Shown here in pieces: positions 42,235 to 52,685 of a DNA stretch of 64,000 nt. The stretch is taken from the NCBI GenBank assembly GCA_000165345.1, contig CM000433.1, positions 832,001 through 896,000 on the forward strand. The letters run 5' to 3'. The number at the start of each line of letters is the position of its first letter. Positions within the stretch are counted from its first letter, which is position 1. Made by a program: the position numbers and the translations under genes. A model generated the notes under the pieces. That model was given only the letters and a program-made list of their open reading frames with translations. It did no database searches and was not told the origin of the DNA.

Positions 42235-43278
42235 TTAAAACCATATTATATTATTTAGCTTTCTTAAAAGACTTGGCATTTCATCCATAAAATTAAGATC
42301 ATCCCAGTTGATTATTTCATCAAGATTAAATAATCCACTTCCAAAAAAGTCATCACTTTCTTCAGTATCTTGTTCATCATCAGGATCACCAAGATTTCTA
42401 CTTCCTAGAACAGCAGAAATAAGTCTTTTAGCTTCTTCAACATTACCATTCTTATTGTAAAGTCCCATACTTAGATTAATTAATCTGACTAAGGGTACCG
42501 TTGAATTTTGTTCAGTAAATTCAATAATATAATAATCTCCATTGGATGTAATCCATTCAGGATCTTGTATTACATTAAAAATCTGAGTAAAATCTTCTTT
42601 ATTTTGAGCCATATCATTTGTTACACTTTCTTGATTAATTTGATTACTATTTGTATCATTATTAATAGATTTTGATAATCCTTGTTCATTTTTATTTTGA
42701 ACACGACGAACATTATGAGTTTCTGTTATTACTTGAGTAGTACTATTATTACCATTAGTTGTGGTTGTTGTAATAGTAGTAGAATTTGTAACAGTGAATG
42801 TAGTTGAAGTTGTTGTAGTTTTTGAAGTAACTGATGACACAGTTTTAGTACTTTTTGGTGACTTTTTTGGTGCTTTAGGAGGACTTTTTCCTGCAGAAAA
42901 AATCACAATAGAACTTTCATCATTTGTTTGGTTATTATGGTTTACAATACCTTCATTAGCAATACCATTTTCTGAGATAATTGTAAAATTTTGTAAATCA
43001 GAATTATCTTCTAAACCACTATTAATAATTTTCTTAGAGCCATTTTCATCTATCAATAATTTTCTCAAAATTAAATTTGAGCTTTTTGAAAATTCAGAAT
43101 TTTCTGTATTGTTTTTAGGTTGATTTCTTGATAACTTTCTACGTGTTATTTTTAATGAATAAGTGTTATTATTGTTTTTAAAGTTTAAAGTATTTTTTGA
43201 AGTTACAAAACTTAAATTAAGAATATTCAAGACAATGCAAAATACCAAAACCTTGCCAATCAATTTAGTCCTATTCAT
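42235..43278 (-). CDS. Secreted mucin-like Thr/Ser-rich glycoprotein (signal peptide plus TTTSTTFTVTNSTTITTTTT tract)
   Basis: N-terminal MNRTKLIGKVLVFCIVLNILNLSFVTS is signal-like. A long Thr run and many NxS/T sequons follow. No conserved domain. Confidence 0.6.
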   Translation of the reverse strand: MNRTKLIGKVLVFCIVLNILNLSFVTSKNTLNFKNNNNTYSLKITRRKLSRNQPKNNTENSEFSKSSNLILRKLLIDENGSKKIINSGLEDNSDLQNFTIISENGIANEGIVNHNNQTNDESSIVIFSAGKSPPKAPKKSPKSTKTVSSVTSKTTTTSTTFTVTNSTTITTTTTNGNNSTTQVITETHNVRRVQNKNEQGLSKSINNDTNSNQINQESVTNDMAQNKEDFTQIFNVIQDPEWITSNGDYYIIEFTEQNSTVPLVRLINLSMGLYNKNGNVEEAKRLISAVLGSRNLGDPDDEQDTEESDDFFGSGLFNLDEIINWDDLNFMDEMPSLLRKLNNIIWF

Positions 43279-43877
43279 AACTTAATATATTCTTTCAGAA
43301 AAAAAAAAAGAACAGATTTCTTGGTTTCCTTACTTTATAATCTACAATTCAAACTACAATCTAACAATTTTTCAAATTTATTACCTAATAGTTAAATATT
43401 ATACTATTACTATAAAAAATGATATATATTTAAAATTCTTTAATGGTACCAATCGTTTTCGAGGAGTTGAATTTGAAGAACATGATAAATATTATTTTTT
43501 CAATGTTGATTTTTTTTTTTCTCAAAGAAGAAAAACTATTCTCTTTTAGATGAAGAAAATTCGGACTTAATAAATTTTTTAAAAAAATTTGGTTATTAAT
43601 TTTAATTCTAATATAAATGTATTTTTATGACGTGTAAATTTTTAATGCATGCACTGGCAGATTAAATTTAAAAAAAAAATGCATTTTAGCATGCAAAAAA
43701 AAAAAAATTCACATTTATATTGGGAAATTTTGATCAAAAATTTAAATTAATATTAACTTATTTATTTATTTATTTATTATAAAAAATACTTGGAAATTTT
43801 TTATTTCAACAAGAAAATAAAATATTCAAATTATTACTCAAATATTAATTAATTAAACTACGTGTAATTCCCGCCCA

Positions 43878-43897
43878 AATTTGTCCCTCACCCCACT
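43878..43897. promoter_or_regulatory. C-rich element AAATTTGTCCCTCACCCCAC (copy 1 of a motif shared with 52308-52337), next to an E2F-like TTCCCGCCCAAA
   Basis: Read directly. It is highly C-rich in an AT-rich intergenic region, and a near-identical element lies upstream of the AP-1 gamma gene. Confidence 0.4.
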
Positions 43898-44712
43898 TGT
43901 TAAAATTGATTATTATTATAAGTAAATAAACAGCAATATAAATAATTAAAGAGGAGTGATTTGTTAAGACTCATTAAGTTTTTGAGATTATTGACAGGGA
44001 ATATTTGTAATGGTTAATGAGGACCTGTATATTTTGGATGAGAGTAATTAAATTTAAATAATATTAAATATTAAAAGTATAATTCAAATAAATTAAAGTG
44101 ATTTTTTAAAGAAATTAATAAGAAAAAAAAAGTTCAAGAAAATAAATATTAATTTTGATAATAATAAAAAAACATTAATAATACAAGGATTTAATTAATT
44201 CATTATTAAATAATTAAATAAAGTTTATAGAATATATATATAAATATATAAATTGTAAACGTAAAAAAAAAAAAAAAAAAAAAAACAGAAAATTGTTAAA
44301 TGAGCAAATTAAACATAAATTGCACACAAAAATAAATTCAAGAGAAAAAAAGTGTTCAAAATTGAGTGATTAAAAATTTTAAATATAAAGATTAATATCA
44401 TTAATACTCGGATGAAAGTAGGTATATAATACATTAATATGTAATTATAATCCCAACGAGAAATAATAATATATTTAAATTTATACAATTTGCAAAAGTA
44501 TGCAGTGATACAAATTTGTGCATTGGAAATTAGGAATAATAATATATTTTCATTTTTTACGGATGAAAATAAGAGTAATTAAATTAATATTATTTAGCAA
44601 TATATGAATGGTTAATTAGATATATTACAAAAACAAAAAAAAAAAAGAAATATACAGGAATTATAAGTAGCAGCAGAAGTGTGGTATATTAAATAAGTAA
44701 ACCAAAGAAAAA

Positions 44713-46044
44713 ATGCCAAGAGAAGTCAGCATATACAAAAGTCCTATAAAGACTTTGAATCTTGCATTGCTATTTTGCTATGAAGTAGTATGTAAAATAA
44801 TTGTGGAATTGTTTACAAAATGGTATAAACACATTTTGATATTATTTGGAATTACTTTGACAATAATGGGATTAAGTAATTTAAATGAAAAATTAGGAGA
44901 GCTAATTCATAATTACATTTACGTTAATATTTTGAATGGAATTTGGTGGATTGGATTGGGGTTTTTGAGTTCAGTAGGACTTGGTTGCGGCATTCATACT
45001 GGATTATTGTTTTTATTTCCTCATGTTTATTCAATAATTACTACAGCTGAAAGATATAACACATTGAATTTTGACCCAAGGCAAAATATGTGGAGTAATT
45101 TATTGAACCCAGGAGATTTATTTATAGTAAATGATTTAGGTTCAGATGGATCATCAATCAGTCTATTTAACATATTATTAAAGATTCTCCCATATGCATT
45201 TTTATGGGGTTTTGGTACGGCTTTAGGAGAGTTACCCCCATATGCAGCAGCATATGCAGCTTCAAAATCTAGAAAAAATAATAGATTAAGAGAGTTAAAA
45301 AGGAGAAAAGAAAATGAAGAATTTGAAGTACAAAACTCTTCAAGTATTGAAAATATTGGGAATGAAGGTTTTGAAATTAATAAGGAGTTACTTCCTGATG
45401 ATGAAAGTACTGAAGATACAAATAATGACTCAAGTATTAAACATTACTTGATGAGTTTAATAAAGAAGTGTATAGTCACATTGATTAATAAGTTTGGTGG
45501 ATATGGAGTCTTTATTTTAAGTTGTTGGCCAAATTTAATGTTTGATTTATGTGGAATCATATGTGGCCATTATTTAATGAATTTTTGGACTTTCTTTATT
45601 CCACTAGTTCTTGGTAAAGGTATAATAAAGGTTTTCTTTCAGACTTTATTATTAATATTCTTATTTTCAAGTAAATTTGAAAATAAGCATGTTGATATTA
45701 TTCTTTGGTTTATTAAAAAATGGCCAATTTCTAAATTTTTTGATAAAGATGAAATTTACCTTAAAGAAACAATTCATAACGAGTTAATTTATATAAAAAA
45801 GACTTTAAGTAATATGAATGAGCAATCTGGAGATCCTATTTCATCATTGAATTCCAATAATATTAGTAAAATAAATAATAACAATTGGTGGGAAGTCATT
45901 ATAAGTAAAATCCAAATTACTTCCTTATTTTCATGGATTACTATTTTTGTTGTTGTTTTATTTGCAATCTCTATCATTAATGAGGCAGCAAAATATCAAG
46001 ATGAAGCCATCAGAAATAAGGAGAACAAAGTTAAAAAGGACTAA
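44713..46044 (+). CDS. VMP1: Vacuole membrane protein 1 (VMP1/EPG-3; DedA/TVP38 superfamily ER scramblase involved in autophagy)
   Basis: W-I-G-L-G-F-L-S-S-V-G-L-G-C-G-I-H-T-G-L-L-F-L-F-P-H..., F-G-T-A-L-G-E-L-P-P-Y-A-A-A-Y-A-A and N-L-M-F-D-L-C-G-I-I-C-G-H-Y-L-M-N-F-W-T-F-F match human VMP1 ([66 protein letters not shown]), recalled. Confidence 0.85.
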   Translation: MPREVSIYKSPIKTLNLALLFCYEVVCKIIVELFTKWYKHILILFGITLTIMGLSNLNEKLGELIHNYIYVNILNGIWWIGLGFLSSVGLGCGIHTGLLFLFPHVYSIITTAERYNTLNFDPRQNMWSNLLNPGDLFIVNDLGSDGSSISLFNILLKILPYAFLWGFGTALGELPPYAAAYAASKSRKNNRLRELKRRKENEEFEVQNSSSIENIGNEGFEINKELLPDDESTEDTNNDSSIKHYLMSLIKKCIVTLINKFGGYGVFILSCWPNLMFDLCGIICGHYLMNFWTFFIPLVLGKGIIKVFFQTLLLIFLFSSKFENKHVDIILWFIKKWPISKFFDKDEIYLKETIHNELIYIKKTLSNMNEQSGDPISSLNSNNISKINNNNWWEVIISKIQITSLFSWITIFVVVLFAISIINEAAKYQDEAIRNKENKVKKD

Positions 46045-48461
46045 AATTTATGGATAACTTTTCATTTTGGATTATTTAGTTTCATTTCTTTTACAATTAT
46101 TGATCTCAGATTATGCGATTGTTCATAATTGATTATAACGCACAAAATTAGGCTCAAAAACTGAGGTTATTAAATATATTTTCTATTTTTAGTATCAATT
46201 CAGATTTTAATTTTAATTATTTAAAAGAGATCACTATTTTTTTAGAAGAGTATACTTGGAAATACATTATATTTCACTTATATACTATTTTTCAAAAGGG
46301 GGAATGTAATAAATTTAATAGTTTGCTTCTCCTTGGAATTACTTTATATTTAACTAATCACTACTTTTTTTTTTGATTTTCAAATTATAATGGGATAATA
46401 TTCATCAAATTCTTTTTTCCTTCGAAGTATTTTCATAAGCCATATTTTACATTATACACAGGGTTTGACAAGGCACTTTGTTTCGAGATTAACCTTGTAT
46501 TATAGTTAAAGAAATTATCTAAAAAAAGAAATTTGAATTCATCCTAGTCACTTTTATATATAAATAGAAGAATTATTCAATCTAATTAAAATGTTTAAAT
46601 TATTTTACGTATTATGCAATTTCCGCCCCACATAATTCTTATCAATTTCTATGATTTTTTTTTTTAAAGTTTACCATTATTCTTTAAAAGGAATATGGCG
46701 CCTAAAATAGCAGGCGGGCCCTGCATTTGACTTAAAGAGCGAAGACAGATATTTCCAGTAATTAGTGGGAATAATAATTAAAAACGTGGTAGTTTTAGAA
46801 GAGAAAATCGAGTATTTTCTTTTTATAGATCGAGTGTTGCATTATATATGTACATATATATATTATATTAAGAGAGAGAGACTATTTTATTAGGTTTCTT
46901 ATTGACTGGAATAAAAATAGAGCTAGATAATTACTACTGGACTGCGTACTTTTATTTTTTATACTATTTTTAAAGTATTTAGCAGAGTAAATTGAATTTT
47001 GTTGCAGATTTAAAGGGTGGAAAATCATTAATATTAAAAGCTATTAAGAACAAGTTTGAGGGATTTGTTTTTTTATTGAAAATAATAAATTATATTTGGA
47101 TATATATATATTTCTTCAGAATAGAATAATTTAACCACTTGTTAGTATATAAAGAAAAGAATAACTTGAAGTGAATTTTGTTATTTTTTTCTTATATAGT
47201 TGTATTTGGCTGGTTTTTTCCTGTATTTTCTTAAAAAGTCTACATTTTTGGAAAAGTTGAGACCAAATTGTTCAAATACTTTAAGAGTTTGTATTAGAAC
47301 AGATATATCGAATATAAATATTTTAAACAATGGCAAAATCTTACTCAACTAAATCTAAAGGAAGAGGTTCGTTGAAATTTGAAATACTCATCTTACGTTT
47401 GTTTCCTTCTTTTTTAAGAAATTCTTGTAATTGCAGTTAATTGGTTGGCTACATTATAGATTTTTTTTTTGTTTCTGGAATATATTAGAGATATTTCAAC
47501 GGAAAGAATTCGATTGACTTTTGGTGGCTTTTGTTTTCATCCTCTTTCTTTGCATTTTATTTTTCTTTTGAACTTATCCAATGAAATGTGATATTTCAAA
47601 TATTTTACCCTCTATTATTTTGGTCTCTTTCTCACTCTAGCTCAATATGGGAGATATCATTAATAAAGTGTAAAGTATTCTGGAATCATTGGAACGCTTG
47701 GGTGGTTGAATTAGAAGTTTGGGATTTGCAGGAAATTGTTAATGAAATCATTGACTTGCCGTATAAATTATGGGATGCGTTTATTCAGACAACCAAGTGG
47801 GATATATAAAATTAATAAAATAAACGTGATTATTTACTATCCTCACATTTTCTATACTCTAATTCATGTTATTGTTGATCTTTTGTATTTTAAATAAGAT
47901 CATTTACAGCTATCAGCAGAGAGTCATCTTTCTTTCCACTAACGCATTTTTCTCTTTCAATTCTACTATGAAGTGGAAAAAAAATGCTATTTAAAATTGG
48001 AATTCATAGTTTTTGGTAGGGCATATTGAATATATTTAATCCATTCAAATCAAAAAGAAAAAAAATTGGCATTTTTAAGCTATACATGCATTGGCGATAT
48101 GATAGTTTTTCTATTACGTCATTCATGTATTTTGAATACCGGTATTTGTGTGCAAAGTTGTGGGGATTTGGCACGATTTTTTTTTTTTTTCATTTGGTTT
48201 AATTTTGGGTATTATATTTTAATATTTTTCATTCTTTTAGGCTTGAATGAAATTATATTACGAATTATGGATTAAAGTAATTTAATACTACTCTTTAATT
48301 GGGGATATTAATGGAAATGATTTAAGTCAATTCAATCGTATTTCTTATTCCTATTTGCGAACAATTCCACAGTTATGTATACTATTAATGTAGTTTAATG
48401 GAGCCATACTAAATTAATATTTATTGCAATTCTAGAAAAAAAGAAGAAAGCAAAACGTGCA

Positions 48462-49332
48462 ATGTGTATATATACAAGTATCATTAACTGACTTTTTTTT
48501 TTTTTTTTGAACATTATAGGTCAATCTCGCACTAATTCAAACTCTACAAGACGTATTGTCAGACTTGGTAACACAAATTTATCAAATTCGAGAAATACTT
48601 TGAACTCCGCAAATGGTAGCTCAAAGTCTAGAGTGATTAGAGGCCAAGGCGGTAGGAGAGTCAATACCAGCTTTGATAATCTCAATAGAAGGAAATTAGC
48701 ATCTTCCAGAAACTCCACTAATAGAGGCTCTTCACTTTCTAACAATGCAAGAAACAGAAAGGGAAGCATTGGGCGCTTTAATTCTTCTGGAAATTCAGGT
48801 GCCATTAGAAGAGGAGGTAGTGGTAGTGGAGGTAGGGGAAGAGGATTTAGAGGTAGGAACAGTGGTTCTAGAACATCATCTAGAGGAAGAGGAGGCGCAT
48901 CTGGAGGATTTAGAGGAACTAGACGCCCCCAGAAGAATAAAAACAGTACAAGCACAGCGTCATTGGTAAGTTATTTTTTTCTTTGAAGAAGTTCTATGGA
49001 ATTCCACATCCATTTTTTTTTTAATGGACTGGTTATAGCGCATGGCGCCAAATGTGGGATTACGGAATACAATTTCTCAACTATATTAACTTTTCACAAT
49101 TTCTTCCCCCTTCAAAAAAAAAAAAACTATATATATTATTTTTGATTTTTTTTCTAATAAACAGGATGCAGCATTAGACTCGTATATGGGAGCAGATGTT
49201 TGCAAGGCACGATTAGATTCACAATTAGATTCATACTTTTCTGGACAAAGTACTGGAAATGATAGCATGGTAACCGGCGACTCTTCGATGAATGTGGAGA
49301 GTAATCAGGAGCCAGTTTTGATCTCACTATAG
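48462..49332 (+). CDS. RGG/RG-rich protein with C-terminal FoP-duplication / UAP56-binding-type motifs (CHTOP / Friend-of-PRMT1 / ALY-REF-like, no RRM), three exons: 48462-48465 (ATGT), 48520-48965, 49165-49332
   Basis: Exon 2 lacks an ATG and is preceded by a poly-T tract plus TATAG acceptor. The proposed micro-exon 1 is ATG+T followed by a GTATAT donor, a 54-nt intron and a CTGAC branch-like site. Exon 2 ends at a GTAAGT donor (48966) and exon 3 follows an AACAG acceptor (49163-64). The product is rich in RGG/RGR/SRGRGG and ends with two L-D-S-Y-M / L-D-S-Y-F motifs resembling the E-L-D-A-Y-M motif of ALYREF and CHTOP C-termini. The exon 1 assignment is uncertain. Confidence 0.6.
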
Positions 49333-49446
49333 AAGAATATTAGTAAAAAGCTTTTGATAATTAATTCAACGGCAAGATACTTTGAAAAAAAAAATTGCAA
49401 CGCATGTATAGGTGGATAAATAGTAATAATACATATTAATAAAACT

Positions 49447-50717
49447 CTATTCTTGATTAATTGGTATTTCCTCTGAGAAAAGTGCACTATTATGATCATC
49501 AATGTTGTTAGAATCATTGAAATCATTAGGTTCTTGTTCATAATCAGAGGTCTCTAACTGATGATCGGAATTATTGTCCATATGGTTTGTGTAAATGTCA
49601 CTAATCTTTCTATCTAGTTGGTTGTTATTATCATTGTTATTGTTGTTATAGAGCTTTACATCTTCATCTCCATAAATACAATCATTTTGGATATATAATT
49701 CGTTATCAATTTCACATTCTTTTTGTCTTGTTTCAATGTCTGTTTCCGATTTATATTGGTCCTCGATTTGATCTTGTTCTTTTTGATTTTGTTCTTCTTG
49801 ATCCTGCTCTTGCTCTTGATTAAGAACAGGATTTTGATTTTGGTGTTGATAATCACTTTCTAAATTTTTATCGTGATTTTTACTTTGTTCAATTTCGTCA
49901 ATAGTTTCAGTATTTACTTCTAACTCATTTGAATGAATCTCAATATGACGTTCATTTGGTTCAATCTTGGATTTTAATTCGTCCATATTAGTATCATCAA
50001 TGGTACTCAAAGTATTATTATTTGGATAAATTATATCGCTTTTATAAAAATCTGGAACATTTTCTTCTGAAATTTCATTTTCATTAATTTCCTTATATTT
50101 TTTAACTGGAAATGAAGAATTTGAGAGTAAAGAATTGCCATTCTCAGTTGATATAATAACCTAATAAAATTAATTATTTAAATTTCAATAGTAATTTAAT
50201 GGGATCTATTTAAAAAAAAAAAAAAAAAACTTACATCTTTGATAATAATATTTCTTATAGCGTTAAAATAACTTTGCCAAAATATACTCTCGGACATTCT
50301 ACTTGGTACTAATTCATATCTAATATTATTTAATTCATCCATTTGTGAAAGTAATGCTGCTGCCCATTCTGCAAAAGGAATAATACAATCTGGATCATCT
50401 TCGTCTAGAGAAAATCCTTGTATTCTTGATACCGGACAATTTGTTAAAAATACTTGCTTATTCAATGTTAAGCTTTGAACCTTTTCTTTAATACTTTTAT
50501 AGTTCCATTTCAAAACAGTATTTGTAGGTAGTTCTTCGCTCGACCATTGAACAATATGAAACCATGGAAAAACATTATCTTGCATTGTTTCTGATTAATT
50601 AAATTAATATTGGTTATTAAAACTTTTAAAATTATTCATTCAAAACTCACCATCAAAATCCTTCATTTCTAACTCCATTTCTTGGGTTAAATCTTCCACA
50701 CTTTCAACAATTCCCAT
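49447..50717 (-). CDS. BSD-domain-containing protein with a long acidic Asn/Asp/Glu/Gln-rich tail, three exons: 50717-50651, 50590-50235, 50160-49447
   Basis: On the minus strand, ATG at 50717, a GTGAGT donor (50650-45) and an ATCAG acceptor (50592-91) join phase 1 to the ORF 50196-50585 (S-E-S-I-F-W-Q-S-Y-F is the BSD F-W signature). A GTAAGT donor (50234-29) and a TTATTAG acceptor (50162-61) then join phase 0 to the ORF that continues as 49447-50010. The N-terminus MGIVES fits an N-myristoylation consensus. Confidence 0.65.
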
Positions 50718-52307
50718 CTTTTTATACTTGCTAGATTAATATTAAGTTATTTTATTTTCCTTCTGAGTGATTCTGATCCTATTTACTTTAAAATATTAAT
50801 TGATCATAATAAGCATTCAAAAACTCTTAATATTTCTACCTTTCTATTATTAATAAATTACTTATTATGACTTTAAGCCTAGCAAATAATTTGTGTTGTA
50901 TTTTGTTTCAATTTATAATTAGAATTTATATTACCGATATTTCCTCTTCAAACACTTTCTATTGAAAACTATTAGAAAATATCCAATCAATAGATTCTAA
51001 AGGAAAACTTTCAATATTTTCTGTTTACTCAAATCCCATATAAATCTATCGATTTTTTTTTCTACTTTAATTAATTTTTTTCATTAAATATTATACAAAT
51101 TAAAATACACAATTTTTACCGCCATTTTTAATTATTTATTTTCCTTTATAACCACAAAATTTCATTAATGTCAAACATATGATCTTTTTTTTTTTTTAAT
51201 ATTTCATAAAAATTTTCATTTTTTAAATACAAAACCGATATAAAAACTCTATTGGTTTAAATTTTATAATTAATTACCTTCCAAAGTAAATTTTTTTTTC
51301 TAATTAATTAATGCAATAAGTGTTTTCTACTTTTATTTACATGTAATTTAATTAATAAACAAAAATATTGAATGTTCCCGCCTTTTTTCTTTTAAAATAA
51401 TAAATAAATATAAAGTAATTTATTTATGAATGTTAAATACATTGTGCGTTGAAGGGTTATATTATTAATAATAATATATTAAAAATTGAAATTAAACGAG
51501 GATAATAAAAAAGTTATTTATAAGAAAACATCATTATTGGATTATATAATAATTAAATTTTTAATAAAATGATTGATCCAGGTATGTATAAAAAGTATTC
51601 CTAAAATTTATATTCAAGGGAAATATATTTTTATTAAGAAAAAATGACTTTCTTTAAATAACATTTGCACTATTATCTCATATTCAGTATATACAATTTC
51701 GGTTTTCCTTATTTTATGCTTTTGTTCGCTATTTATTTACATAATATATGTAAACAATTTACTAAAAGAAAGAGATTCATCTAAAAGACAAAAAAGAAGA
51801 GTAAGTTAACAAATAATGTATACTTTATATGAATTTAAAATTTACATTGTATTAACCAATTTTTTAAATATAGAAACCAAGAAGAAAAGACAGAGAGTAT
51901 TGGAGTATAGATGAGTAAATAATTTAAATTACAAACATTTACTTTTTTTTTTATCGTTTCAAGATTTTGTCTATGAATCTATTAGATAATTCGCAAGACA
52001 TTTTTCAACTACTTGATTAAATAATAATAAACAATTTATTTAGGTAAAACTAATTAATATTTCATTCTAAAAAAGAGTATGTATCGAGTTTGGAGGAAAA
52101 AATAACTAGAATTTTTTTCATTAATTATTTCGTGTTTAGAATTTCAATGTATTAAACAACATAAATGTCCAGTTTCCATAAATACTGCCTATAATAGTAT
52201 ATTACTACATATTAATCTATTCACAGCTACCAAATCAACAAATATATATAAATTTATTAATAAAAAATTTCTATATAATTTTAATTTACTTCTAAAAATA
52301 GAACCCA

Positions 52308-52337
52308 CAAATTGCCCCTCACCCCCACCCCATCGCC
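52308..52337. promoter_or_regulatory. C-rich element CAAATTGCCCCTCACCCCCACCCCATCGCC (copy 2 of the motif shared with 43878-43897), about 350 nt upstream of the AP-1 gamma start
   Basis: Read directly. It is followed at 52376-52388 by a GC-rich CGCTTGCGCGCCCGG. Confidence 0.4.
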
Positions 52338-52685
52338 TATGCAACAACTTTGGAAAAAAAAACGTCTCAAGATCACGCTTGCGCGCCCGGTACCGAATTA
52401 TTATTATTTTTTAATAAATTAAGTGTGAGGAAAAAAAAAATAATTCAAGATAAAAATGGAGGGAAGATTTTTAAAGAAAAAAAATTAATTAGTATTAATT
52501 ATTTTGAAATAATTTCTCCATTTAATTTTATGAATATTATCTACTTTTGTAACATCATTGAAGATTAATTGATTACTAGATTCAATTTTGAATCCAAATA
52601 ATTGACATTACTTCAGAATAGGATTAAAAAGTCCCAAAAATTCTTTTTTTTTATAGAAATTTTAAAATATTAAAAAGAAAAAAAG

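Noticed and set aside
48521-48969. ORFs 48521-48955 (minus) and 48745-48969 (plus, alternate frame) overlapping the RGG exon
   Set aside because: Antisense or out-of-frame readings of GC-richer RGG-coding DNA. The sense RGG frame has the splice sites and the FoP-type C-terminus.
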